Assembly (NCBI GenBank): GCA_965209055.1
Contig: OZ242374.1
Span: 3,808,001 to 3,872,000, forward strand
Length of the DNA: 64,000 nucleotides
Reading direction: 5' to 3'
Source: Acidobacteriota bacterium
Lineage (GTDB): Bacteria > Acidobacteriota > UBA6911 > RPQK01 > JAJDTT01
The translations under genes and the position numbers were made by a program. Positions 40,583 through 49,263 of this stretch are shown here, in pieces (within the stretch, counting starts at the first letter, position 1; each line of letters starts with the position of its first letter). The notes beneath the pieces were generated by a model that saw only the letters and a program-made list of their open reading frames with translations, was not told where the DNA came from and ran no database searches.

Positions 40583-40589
40583 GAATGAC

Positions 40590-41582
40590 GTGCCCATGAG
40601 ACATCGAGCACGAATTGGATTTCTAGTGACCCTTGCCCTTTTGCTGGTGTTCTCGGCGCCGGCCTGCGGGCCGGCAACGGAAGAAGACGGCCGCATGAAG
40701 ATCGCCGGGATGTTCATGCAGGAGGACCAGTTTTTCCGTCTGGTCCGGTTCGGTATGCAGCAGGCCGCCAAGGAGGAGGGTGCCGAGCTGCTGCTCTCCA
40801 CCGTGGACGGCAAGCCGGAAAAGGAGCTCCAACTCGTCAACACCTACATCGCCCGGCAGGTGGATGCCATCGTCCTCTCGCCCCTGAGCGCCACCGCCTC
40901 GGTCACGGCTCTGCGGCGGGCCCACGACGCCGGCATCCAAGTCATCGCCTACAACTCCACTGTCGAGGGCGGAATCCCCGCCGCCTTCATCGAGAGCGAC
41001 CAGTCCAACCTGGGCTCCCAGACCGGTGATGCGGCCCGCACATACATCGAGGAGAAACTGGGCGGACAGGCCCAGATCGCCATTCTGGCCTTCAAGTCGG
41101 CGCTGACGGAGCAGAGCGAAGCCCGGACCAACGGTTTCAAGAGCCGGGTCACCGATCTGCCCGGAGTCGAGATCGTGGCCGAGCAGGATGCCTGGCTGCC
41201 GGAGATGGGTATCCGCAAGGCGGGCGACATCCTCACGGCCAATCCCGGGATCGACCTGATCTGGTGCGCCAACGAGGGGGGAACGGTGGGCGCCGTCATG
41301 GCGGTCAAGAGCGCCGGACGGGGAGGCGAGGTCGTCGTCTTCGGGACCGACGTGAGCGACCAGATGCTTGGTTTCCTCCTGGCGGAGGACCAGATTCTGC
41401 AGGCCGTCACCGGCCAGAAGCCCTTCGAAATCGGCTACCAGTCCGTCAAAGCGGCCGTCGCCGTGATCCAGGGGAGGGAAGTCGAGAGCCACGTCTCCAT
41501 GTCCGGGGTGTTGCTTGAGCGCAGGGATCTCGAGATCGTTCGCGCCTACCGGGCCCGGCTCCAGGAACTCATCGCCAACTAA
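40590..41582 (+). CDS. Sugar ABC transporter substrate-binding protein (RbsB-like)
   Basis: Signal peptide; FF..V..GMQ, VDAIVLSP, R.NGF, IWCANE. Confidence 0.9.
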   Translation: MPMRHRARIGFLVTLALLLVFSAPACGPATEEDGRMKIAGMFMQEDQFFRLVRFGMQQAAKEEGAELLLSTVDGKPEKELQLVNTYIARQVDAIVLSPLSATASVTALRRAHDAGIQVIAYNSTVEGGIPAAFIESDQSNLGSQTGDAARTYIEEKLGGQAQIAILAFKSALTEQSEARTNGFKSRVTDLPGVEIVAEQDAWLPEMGIRKAGDILTANPGIDLIWCANEGGTVGAVMAVKSAGRGGEVVVFGTDVSDQMLGFLLAEDQILQAVTGQKPFEIGYQSVKAAVAVIQGREVESHVSMSGVLLERRDLEIVRAYRARLQELIAN

Positions 41583-41584
41583 CC

Positions 41585-43078
41585 GTGAATCCCGTCTCCA
41601 AGCCGATCCAGCTCGAAGCCCGCGGGATCCGGAAGGAATATCCGGGGACCGTCGCCCTCAAGGACGTCTCGGTCCGGTTCGAAGGGGGCAAGGTGCACGC
41701 GCTCATCGGCCGGAACGGCGCCGGGAAGAGCACCCTGGTCCGAATTTTGGCCGGCTCCACTCAACCCACTGCGGGCCAGGTCCTGCTTGACGGCGAACCC
41801 GTCGAGTTGAGATCGCCCGGCGACGCCTTCCAACGGGGGATCGCCACCGTCTACCAGGAGCTGAGCCTGGTGCCGGGGTTGAGCGTGGCCGAGAACATCC
41901 TCCTGGGACGGATGCCCCGAAACCGGGGTCCGTTCATCGACTGGGAGTCGGCCGCCGACCGGGCCCGCTCCGTGCTGGCCACCATGGACGTGGAGATGGA
42001 TGTTGACGAGCCGGTGGGCCGGTTGGGCTTCGCCCAGCAGCAGACGGTGGAGATCGCCAAGGCCATGTCCTTCCGGCCTTCGGTCCTGATGCTGGACGAG
42101 CCGACGTCGGGACTGGCGCGGCACGAAACCCGCAGCCTCTTTCGGCTCGTGCGCCAACTGGCGGAACAGGGAGTAGCCATCCTCTACATCTCCCACCGGC
42201 TCCAGGAGCTGAGGGAGATCGCCGACCGGGTCACCGTCCTTCGGGACGGCAATCACGTGGCGACAGTTGAGATGGAGGAAACCACGGACGGGGAGATCGT
42301 TCACTACATGTTCGGGGAGACCGTGCAGAAGGAGCGTCCCGCCGATCTCCTGGCCGGCCGGGAGCCGGTGCTGCAGGTTCGGGGACTGTCCCGGGGCGAG
42401 GAATTCCAGGACGTGAATCTGACCCTTCACCGGGGAGAGATCCTGGGGATCGCCGGCATGCTGGGATCGGGACGCACCGAGTTGCTCAAGTCGATCTTCG
42501 GAGCCCTGCCGTTCAATCATGGTGACATTCTCGTCTCCGAGAAGACTTACGAAAAAGTTTCTCCTTCCGAAATGAAGAATCTTGGTCTCGGGTTCGCCCC
42601 CGAGGACCGGAAACAGGAGGGACTGGTCCAGACCCAGAGCATCCGGTCCAACCTCTGCCTGGCCAGTCTGGACCGGATTTCGAGTCGGGGATTCCTGAAC
42701 CGGCGGCGGGAGCGGAGACTGATCCGGGAGCAGGTGGATCGCCTGCACATCAAGGCCCCCGACGTGGAGGAGGCCGTCTCCTCGCTCAGCGGAGGCAACC
42801 AACAGAAGGTTGTGGTGGGAAAGTGGCTCGGCACCTCATTGCAGGTGCTGCTCCTGGACGAGCCCACGCGCGGGATCGATCTCCAGGCCAAGCAGCAGAT
42901 CTTCCAATTGATGTGGGACCTGAGCCGCCAGGGGATCGCCGTACTGTTCGTCTCCAGCGAGCTTGAGGAACTGGTGGAGGTGTGCCACCGTATCCTGGTC
43001 ATGAAGCACGGCCGGATCGAGCAGGAAGTCCGGCCCGAAAACACCACCGCCGACCAACTCTTCGTCCAGTGCATGTAA
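41585..43078 (+). CDS. Sugar ABC transporter ATPase (RbsA-like, two ABC domains)
   Basis: GRNGAGKST, LDEPTS, LSGGNQQKV, LDEPTRGID. Confidence 0.95.
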   Translation: MNPVSKPIQLEARGIRKEYPGTVALKDVSVRFEGGKVHALIGRNGAGKSTLVRILAGSTQPTAGQVLLDGEPVELRSPGDAFQRGIATVYQELSLVPGLSVAENILLGRMPRNRGPFIDWESAADRARSVLATMDVEMDVDEPVGRLGFAQQQTVEIAKAMSFRPSVLMLDEPTSGLARHETRSLFRLVRQLAEQGVAILYISHRLQELREIADRVTVLRDGNHVATVEMEETTDGEIVHYMFGETVQKERPADLLAGREPVLQVRGLSRGEEFQDVNLTLHRGEILGIAGMLGSGRTELLKSIFGALPFNHGDILVSEKTYEKVSPSEMKNLGLGFAPEDRKQEGLVQTQSIRSNLCLASLDRISSRGFLNRRRERRLIREQVDRLHIKAPDVEEAVSSLSGGNQQKVVVGKWLGTSLQVLLLDEPTRGIDLQAKQQIFQLMWDLSRQGIAVLFVSSELEELVEVCHRILVMKHGRIEQEVRPENTTADQLFVQCM

Positions 43079-43101
43079 TCCGGCTGACCCCTTCCCAAGT
43101 G

Positions 43102-44052
43102 ATGGCCTGGGCCCGAAGCTCCATCCTGGAGCTGGTCCTGGTGGTCCTCTGCCTGGTGCTGGCGTTTCAGGCGGAGGGCTTCCTCACCGTAGTCAACCTG
43201 CTCAACGTCCTGCGGAACGTCTCCATGCAGGGGATCATCGCCTTCGGCATGACCATGGTCATCATCTCCGGCGAGATCGACCTGAGCGTGGGATCTGCCG
43301 TGGCCTTCGCCGGGTGCGTCACCGCCTGGCTGACGCAGTGGCTGGCCGCCCTGGGAGTAGCCATGCTGGTGGCTCTTCCCCTGGCCATGGTCTCGACGCT
43401 CCTGGTGGGCATGAGCATCGGAGCCCTGACGGGCCTGATCCGGGTCCGATTCGCCGTCCCCAGCTTCATCATCACCCTGGCCTGGATGACCGTGCTGACG
43501 GGAGTCGCCCAGCTCATCACCGGCGGCTTTCCGCTGACCCCCTTTCCCGAGTGGTACAACTTCTTCGGGGGCGGCTACCTGTTCGGCGTGCCCTTTCCGG
43601 CGCTGGTCTTCCTGCTGGTCTTCCTCACCACCCATGTCCTCATGGGCTACACCTCGTTCGGGCGTTCCGTCTATGCCGTGGGAGGGAATCCGGAGGCGGC
43701 ACGCCTCAGCGGGATCCGGGTCGGCCGGGTGAAGGTGGTGGTGATGGCCAGCGTGGCCTTTTTGGCCGCCCTGGCAGGGATCATGCAGTCGGCCCAGATC
43801 ATGGCCGGATCGGCGACGACGGCGCGGGGTTGGGAACTGGACGTCATCGCCTCGGTCATCATCGGCGGAACCAGCCTTATGGGCGGGGAGGGGAGGATCC
43901 GGGGCACCCTGATGGGCGTCATCTTCCTGGGCATCCTGGTCAACGGAATGACGTTGATGAACATCAACGAGTACTGGCAGTACGTGGTCCGGGGCACCCT
44001 CATCCTGGCCGCGGTTCTCGTCAACCGGATCAACGAGCGGTCTCGGGACTAG
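43102..44052 (+). CDS. Sugar ABC transporter permease (RbsC-like)
   Basis: GEIDLSVGS, VPSFIITL, GRSVYAVGGNPEAARLSGI, ELDVIASVIIGGTSLMGG. Confidence 0.95.
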   Translation: MAWARSSILELVLVVLCLVLAFQAEGFLTVVNLLNVLRNVSMQGIIAFGMTMVIISGEIDLSVGSAVAFAGCVTAWLTQWLAALGVAMLVALPLAMVSTLLVGMSIGALTGLIRVRFAVPSFIITLAWMTVLTGVAQLITGGFPLTPFPEWYNFFGGGYLFGVPFPALVFLLVFLTTHVLMGYTSFGRSVYAVGGNPEAARLSGIRVGRVKVVVMASVAFLAALAGIMQSAQIMAGSATTARGWELDVIASVIIGGTSLMGGEGRIRGTLMGVIFLGILVNGMTLMNINEYWQYVVRGTLILAAVLVNRINERSRD

Positions 44053-45116
44053 CTATCCAGAGTCAATCGTCCGTCGCGGACGATACAACGCGACCCGGCC
44101 AAAACGGTCGCGCCGGGACAGGTCAGATCCATATTCAGGGTGGATTCGTTCTTTCCACCCAGGTACCTGTTTTCTCCCAAAGCAAAGAACAGCATCCCTG
44201 ATTTACATTCGTCAACGCCTATGTTTCCCGTTGGGGAGTGGATGCCCGGGTTGACTCCAATCCCGATGTGGCTGATTCGATCACGGTGGCCGGAATGTGT
44301 GCCGACAAAGTCCGTAAAGGACTTGGGGCTGTTGGCTGCCGAAATGCCGGAAATACGGCCGTCCACAAAGGTAAGAATCAGATCGCGGACGTTTCTCCAC
44401 CGTTCAATACAAATGGAGCCTTGAACGGTGGGTTCCGGTACGGTAAACGATACCGCACCGAACGGCAGGTTCAGAACGAAACTGTCGCTGAGGCGGCCAT
44501 CGTTCTCGAATACGGGTCTGTCGCCAAGCTGACACTCCAGGCGGCCGCTATTGGGAGTCCTGATGTCCAGGACGCTTCCATTTTCAATGATCTGCTTGAC
44601 GGACCGTACACGCCGGTCCAATTCGATCCTGTCCACGTCAATCGAGTTCTCCATTGCGCGATAGATGTCCCCTCTCGGGACCAGGAGCTCATCCTGTGGC
44701 ACCGCGCCCGGATGCGCGATCATGCAGTTGGGAACGCGCCTGGATTCCTGTTGATGCAAAAGCATTCCTATGGCTTGGTTCCATGCCTGAAGCCGTTCGG
44801 GAGGACAAGAATCCGTCAATGGACGCCAGTCACGCTCGATGACGATGGCGGCAGCGGCCCTGGTGGCGAGGTCCAATAGAAACGGTGACGGAGATCGAAG
44901 CCGCTCAATGGGCAACGTCCGAATGCGTTCCGCCTCGTGAGCAATCGAGGTGACGTTGAGGCAGGGGATCGCCTTGGCTCTTTCTACCGCGAGCGATACG
45001 GCTTCGATGCATTTCCACATGGCAGCGTCGCCGCGAATTTCAACGAACTGACCTGCCTGAATCTCCAGGCCGGCGACGGCCATGTCCGCCAGCTTCTTGT
45101 AGAGCAATGGCGACAC
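44049..45116 (-). CDS. Peptidase M29-like aminopeptidase homolog, degenerate active site
   Basis: M29 layout (NLP.G, IGIG.N, DE, ALG.N..LGG.N.S...D) with several metal ligands substituted. Confidence 0.7.
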   Translation of the reverse strand: MSPLLYKKLADMAVAGLEIQAGQFVEIRGDAAMWKCIEAVSLAVERAKAIPCLNVTSIAHEAERIRTLPIERLRSPSPFLLDLATRAAAAIVIERDWRPLTDSCPPERLQAWNQAIGMLLHQQESRRVPNCMIAHPGAVPQDELLVPRGDIYRAMENSIDVDRIELDRRVRSVKQIIENGSVLDIRTPNSGRLECQLGDRPVFENDGRLSDSFVLNLPFGAVSFTVPEPTVQGSICIERWRNVRDLILTFVDGRISGISAANSPKSFTDFVGTHSGHRDRISHIGIGVNPGIHSPTGNIGVDECKSGMLFFALGENRYLGGKNESTLNMDLTCPGATVLAGSRCIVRDGRLTLDS

Positions 45117-45454
45117 TAAACTCCCTTGTCGCCAGGTCGAACGGAGAAATCCCGCCGGTCCCGGTAGAGTCGAGCCCGGTTCAGGACAAACTCATGTTTG
45201 GTCGCATCCAAATCGATATTCATGCAGGGGGTGTAGGTCCAATACTTGTACTCCCCGATGAAGAGGTAGGTGAACGACTTGCTGAAGAACTTCCCGTCGA
45301 TCCCCTCGCCGTCCCGGATGCGTTCGCAGAAGGCCTCAAGTAGCGCCTGCTGCTTGTCCTTCCTGATGAGAACGTACTCGTGCGGCCAGGTATTGCGGTA
45401 GGTCTTGGCCTCGCGCCACGGCGCTCTCGCGATCAACTCCGTCAAGTTCGGCAC
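45116..45454 (-). CDS. Hypothetical protein
   Basis: WREAKTY..TWPHEY...YKYW; abuts start of M29 gene. Confidence 0.65.
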   Translation of the reverse strand: MPNLTELIARAPWREAKTYRNTWPHEYVLIRKDKQQALLEAFCERIRDGEGIDGKFFSKSFTYLFIGEYKYWTYTPCMNIDLDATKHEFVLNRARLYRDRRDFSVRPGDKGV

Positions 45455-45485
45455 GAATACCCCGTTGCTGCGATTCGTGCTTTGC

Positions 45486-46418
45486 TCACGCCGCGGGCCG
45501 CACCGCCTTGACCAGTTCGCGAATGTGTTCGGGAGTAGTCCCGCAGCAGCCGCCGATGATCTTGATTCCCATATCGGCCATGCGGCGAAAGCGTTTCGCC
45601 ATCCAGCGCGGCTCTTCGTCGTAGACGATCTTCATGTCCACCAGTTTGGGGATGCCGGCGTTGGAGTGAACCACCAGCGGCTGGTCGGTCAGATCCGTCA
45701 TGATGTCGGAGATCTCCACCATTCTCTCGATGCCGTTCCCGCAGTTGGTTCCCACCACGTCGGCGCCGGCGGCGTCCAACTTGAGGACGCCCTGCTCGGG
45801 AGAAATTCCCATCATGGTGAAGTAGCCGCGCGGACCCTTGTCGAAGGTCATGGAGACCAGGACCGGAAGCCCGGTGGCCTCCTTGGCGGCCTGAACGGCC
45901 AGCGTCGCCTCTTCCACCGCGGTCATGGTTTCGGCCAGGATCGCATCGGCGCCCCCTTCGGCCAAGGCAGACGCCTGCTCGGCAAAGGCTTCGAACATTT
46001 CCCGTTCGGTGACCTCGCCCAGCGGCTCGACGAACTCCCCCGTAGGTCCCATGGAACCCACGACGTAGCAGTCGTCGCCGGCGCCCTCGCGGGCGAGTTG
46101 GGCCGCCAGTTTGTTGAAGCGGTGAAGCTGGTCGCCGTAGCCGTATTTCTTGAGCATGAAGCGGTTGCCGCCGAAGGAATTGGTGAGCACCATCTCCGAT
46201 CCCGCCTCGGAGTAGGCGGCGGACATTCCCCGAACGATGTCGGGATGGTCGGCGTTGAAGGCCTCGGGACAACCGCCCGGCTCCAGGCCGTGCATCTGGA
46301 GGTAGGTTCCGGTGGCCCCATCCGAGATGATGGGTACATCCTGGGCCAATCGGCTCAACAACGGCGGCCTGGGCATAGCCGGAACAGGATACTCGGATTT
46401 TTCAATTGGAGTCGACAA
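45486..46418 (-). CDS. Homocysteine S-methyltransferase family (stand-alone Hcy-binding domain)
   Basis: DGATGT, TNSFG, GSMGP, GTNC, SNAG.P, IGGCCGTTPEHI. Confidence 0.92.
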   Translation of the reverse strand: MSTPIEKSEYPVPAMPRPPLLSRLAQDVPIISDGATGTYLQMHGLEPGGCPEAFNADHPDIVRGMSAAYSEAGSEMVLTNSFGGNRFMLKKYGYGDQLHRFNKLAAQLAREGAGDDCYVVGSMGPTGEFVEPLGEVTEREMFEAFAEQASALAEGGADAILAETMTAVEEATLAVQAAKEATGLPVLVSMTFDKGPRGYFTMMGISPEQGVLKLDAAGADVVGTNCGNGIERMVEISDIMTDLTDQPLVVHSNAGIPKLVDMKIVYDEEPRWMAKRFRRMADMGIKIIGGCCGTTPEHIRELVKAVRPAA

Positions 46419-46790
46419 ATCGCACCGGGGCTATTGCGCACAGACGAAATTCGAGGAGGTCGTCCAGACAGCGAAAATGGACGAGTTCCCGTGATCGTTG
46501 GGGGCGCGAATGGCCATGAATGACGGCCGTCCGAGTTTTCAGGCAGAATTCTACTGAAATGAAACGCAGAATCTACACCGACACCTCCGTGATTGGGGGT
46601 GTCCTTGATGTGGAATTCACTCAGTCGTCACAGATCCTGATGGATACGTTCAGGCATGGTGAGGCGACGTTGGTGATTTCAAACCTTACGGAGCTGGAGC
46701 TTTTGTCGGCTCCGTCCGGTGTACAAGCCACGCTAGCTCAAGTGCCGGAGGTGCACCGGGAACGCGTTGAGATGACGGAAGAGGCGTTAG

Positions 46791-47981
46791 GGAAGGTCTG
46801 ATTAAGTCGAGTCAGCGTTCTGCACGATAATTCTTTCATCATCACTGCGTTGGGGGGAAAGACGATGTCGCAACGGACGTTCGCAGATCTGGAATACGAC
46901 ACCAAGAAGCGGGTGACCCGTCGAGAGAAGTTTCTGGCCCGCATGGACGGGTTGATTCCGTGGGAGCATTTGGAAGCCCGGATTGAGCCGTTTTACCCGA
47001 AAGCGGGACGGGGCCGGCGTCCCTACCCGCTCTCGACGATGCTGCGGGTTCACTGCGTGCAGCTGTTTTACAACCTGAGCGATCCGGGGATGGAGGATCT
47101 GCTCTATGAGGTGGAATCGGTGCGGCGGTTCGTGGGCCTGAAGCTCACGGGGCCGCTGCCGGACGAGACGACGATTCTGAAGTTCCGTCATCGGCTGGAG
47201 GAGCATGGTCTGGGGGAGGCGCTGTTCGAGGAGATCGGTTCTCACCTGCAGCGGCAAGGCCTGCGGCTGAGCCGTGGGACGATCGTGGACGCGAGTATCC
47301 TGGCGGCGCCTTCCTCGACGAAAAACAAGGATCGGGCGCGGGATCCGGAGATGCACCAGACGAAAAAGGGAAAACAGTGGTATTTCGGAATGAAGGCCCA
47401 CTTGGGGGTGGACGCCCAGACGGGGGTGGCGCACACGGTGGTGACGGCTCCGGCCAACGAGCATGACGTGACGCGGGCCTCCGAATTGCTGCACGGCTCG
47501 GAGTCGCAAGTTTGGGGGGATTCCGGATACCAGGGAGTGCAGAAGCGGTCGGAGAATCGAGATCGGCCGATGGATTGGCAGGTGATGATGAAGCCCGGGA
47601 AGCGTTGGCAGCTGTCGCCGGAGAGTGAGGCGGCGTTGGCCGAGCGGCGCAAGGCATCGGTTCGGGCGAAGGCCGAACATGTGTTCGGGTACCTGAAACG
47701 GCATTTCGGCTACGCCAAGGTGCGCTACCGCGGGCTGGCGAAAAACACCCAACGGATCTATCTGCTGGTGGGATTCGCCAATCTGATGATCGCCGAGCGC
47801 TCCGGTGTGACCGCCTGATCGGAATGCGGCACGGCTGTGTTTGAGGCTGGGGAAACCGTCTCGCAATCGCTTGGTCAAGACCAATTCAGGGTTGCAAATC
47901 CCACGTTACAACGTCTGGATCCGAAAAAGGCAGAGATACAAGGTCTGTTTCGCCCCGTATGAGGACTTATTCAGACCTTCC
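46791..47981 (+). mobile_element. IS5 family element, 1191 bp
   Basis: TIR GGAAGGTCTGATTAAGTC / GACTTATTCAGACCTTCC; TSD TTAG at 46787-46790 and 47982-47985. Confidence 0.95.
46865..47818 (+). CDS. IS5 family DDE transposase
   Basis: TRREKFL, PDETTILKFR, IVDAS, WYFGMKAH.GVD, GDSGY, RAKAEHVF, KVRYRGLAKN. Confidence 0.95.
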   Translation: MSQRTFADLEYDTKKRVTRREKFLARMDGLIPWEHLEARIEPFYPKAGRGRRPYPLSTMLRVHCVQLFYNLSDPGMEDLLYEVESVRRFVGLKLTGPLPDETTILKFRHRLEEHGLGEALFEEIGSHLQRQGLRLSRGTIVDASILAAPSSTKNKDRARDPEMHQTKKGKQWYFGMKAHLGVDAQTGVAHTVVTAPANEHDVTRASELLHGSESQVWGDSGYQGVQKRSENRDRPMDWQVMMKPGKRWQLSPESEAALAERRKASVRAKAEHVFGYLKRHFGYAKVRYRGLAKNTQRIYLLVGFANLMIAERSGVTA

Positions 47982-48204
47982 TTAGTGCTTGCGGGGCTGT
48001 ACATTGACGCCCGCGCCATTGGTCCGGCAAACAGGGCAGACGCCCAACACATAGCCATAGCAACGGTCAGCCGAGTAGATGCGTTGGTGAGTTGGAACTT
48101 CAAACATATAGTGAACTTGAAGCGAATACAGGCTTATAATTCGGTGAATCTACGTGAAGGCTATCCTATCCTGGAGATTCGAACTCCCAGGGAGGTCATC
48201 GACT

Positions 48205-48417
48205 ATGGCAATGATTGAGAAAAAGTTCGACGCTGTGCAGGTGATGCGCTCGATTCGGGATCGCATCAGTGACGAGATCGATGGCATGACCTTCGAGGAG
48301 GAGCAGTCCTATATCAAAAAGCGCCTTCGGGACGCATCCAACACGCCTGTCATTGGTTCTGGTGACAAAGGATTTCCTGCGCCCGGTAGGCTCGCAAGGC
48401 CAACGAGAGACAACTGA
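48205..48417 (+). CDS. Small partner (antitoxin-like) of PIN toxin
   Basis: KKFDAVQVMRSIRDRIS; overlaps toxin 3' end. Confidence 0.7.
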   Translation: MAMIEKKFDAVQVMRSIRDRISDEIDGMTFEEEQSYIKKRLRDASNTPVIGSGDKGFPAPGRLARPTRDN

Positions 48418-48611
48418 AGTGATGAGAGCCACCAGGCTTGGTCGGCAATCCAAGGTGGCGTTCCGTGTCTGACCGTTGGTCTGACTCCTTGCCTCTTCAT
48501 GCACGCTACCGCTGAGCGGCTCCGGCGACCCTGTCACCCTGTGGACGACCCGTACCCCCACTTGACTCCCCTTGGAGGCGGGGATAGCGTGACCGCACTG
48601 GGGGTGAAGCC

Positions 48612-49196
48612 ATGGAAATACGTGAGGACTTGCGCGAATCGGTCCGGAATTCGTTGCCGGAGTTGTCGGAAATCATCGACGAAAGCCTCCGGAATCTGGT
48701 CGTGGACGCCTGGGCCTACTGCCTGGGCCAGAGCTCCTTCCGGTCCATCGACGAGATTCGCCCCTCGGGCAACCCCGACACCCCTACTCTCAAGGAGGGC
48801 ACCCAGACCGACCACATCCGCGGGGTGACCCGCCTGGCGCTGGCCCTGGGCGACACCCTCAAGGAACAGTTTCCCCAGCTCCCCATCGACCGGGACCTGC
48901 TGGCCGCTTGCGCGCTCTGCCACGACGTGGGCAAGCCCTACGAGTTCGACCCCGAGCGCCAGGCGCGCTGGAGCAGCCGGCCCGCCGCCTCGGGCTGGCC
49001 CCCCATCCGCCATCCCCAGTACGGGACTCACGTCTGCCTGACGGTGGGGTTGCCCGAGGAGGTCTGCCACGCCGCCGGCTGCCACTCGGGCGAGGGGGAG
49101 CTGGTCCGCCGGTCGCTTCACGTGACCATCGTCCACCACGCCGACTATGCCTTCTGGCGGCCTCTGGAGGCGGCCGGCCTGCTGAATTCGGATTGA
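48612..49196 (+). CDS. HD-domain phosphohydrolase
   Basis: DHIRGV, CHDVGK, RHP, HS, HHAD. Confidence 0.85.
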   Translation: MEIREDLRESVRNSLPELSEIIDESLRNLVVDAWAYCLGQSSFRSIDEIRPSGNPDTPTLKEGTQTDHIRGVTRLALALGDTLKEQFPQLPIDRDLLAACALCHDVGKPYEFDPERQARWSSRPAASGWPPIRHPQYGTHVCLTVGLPEEVCHAAGCHSGEGELVRRSLHVTIVHHADYAFWRPLEAAGLLNSD

Positions 49197-49263
49197 GGCT
49201 GATTATCCCGGACAGCGCCTGGAAACCGCCCCGGGAGGGTGGATCGGATTTCGGAGGGAAGCG

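Larger units (their letters stand above)
46559..48218 (+). pseudogene. PIN-domain toxin split by IS5
   Basis: MKRRIYTDTSVIGG...EEAL joins in frame to VLAG...DAQHIAIAT..LVSWNFKHIVN after removing the IS and one TTAG. Confidence 0.9.
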
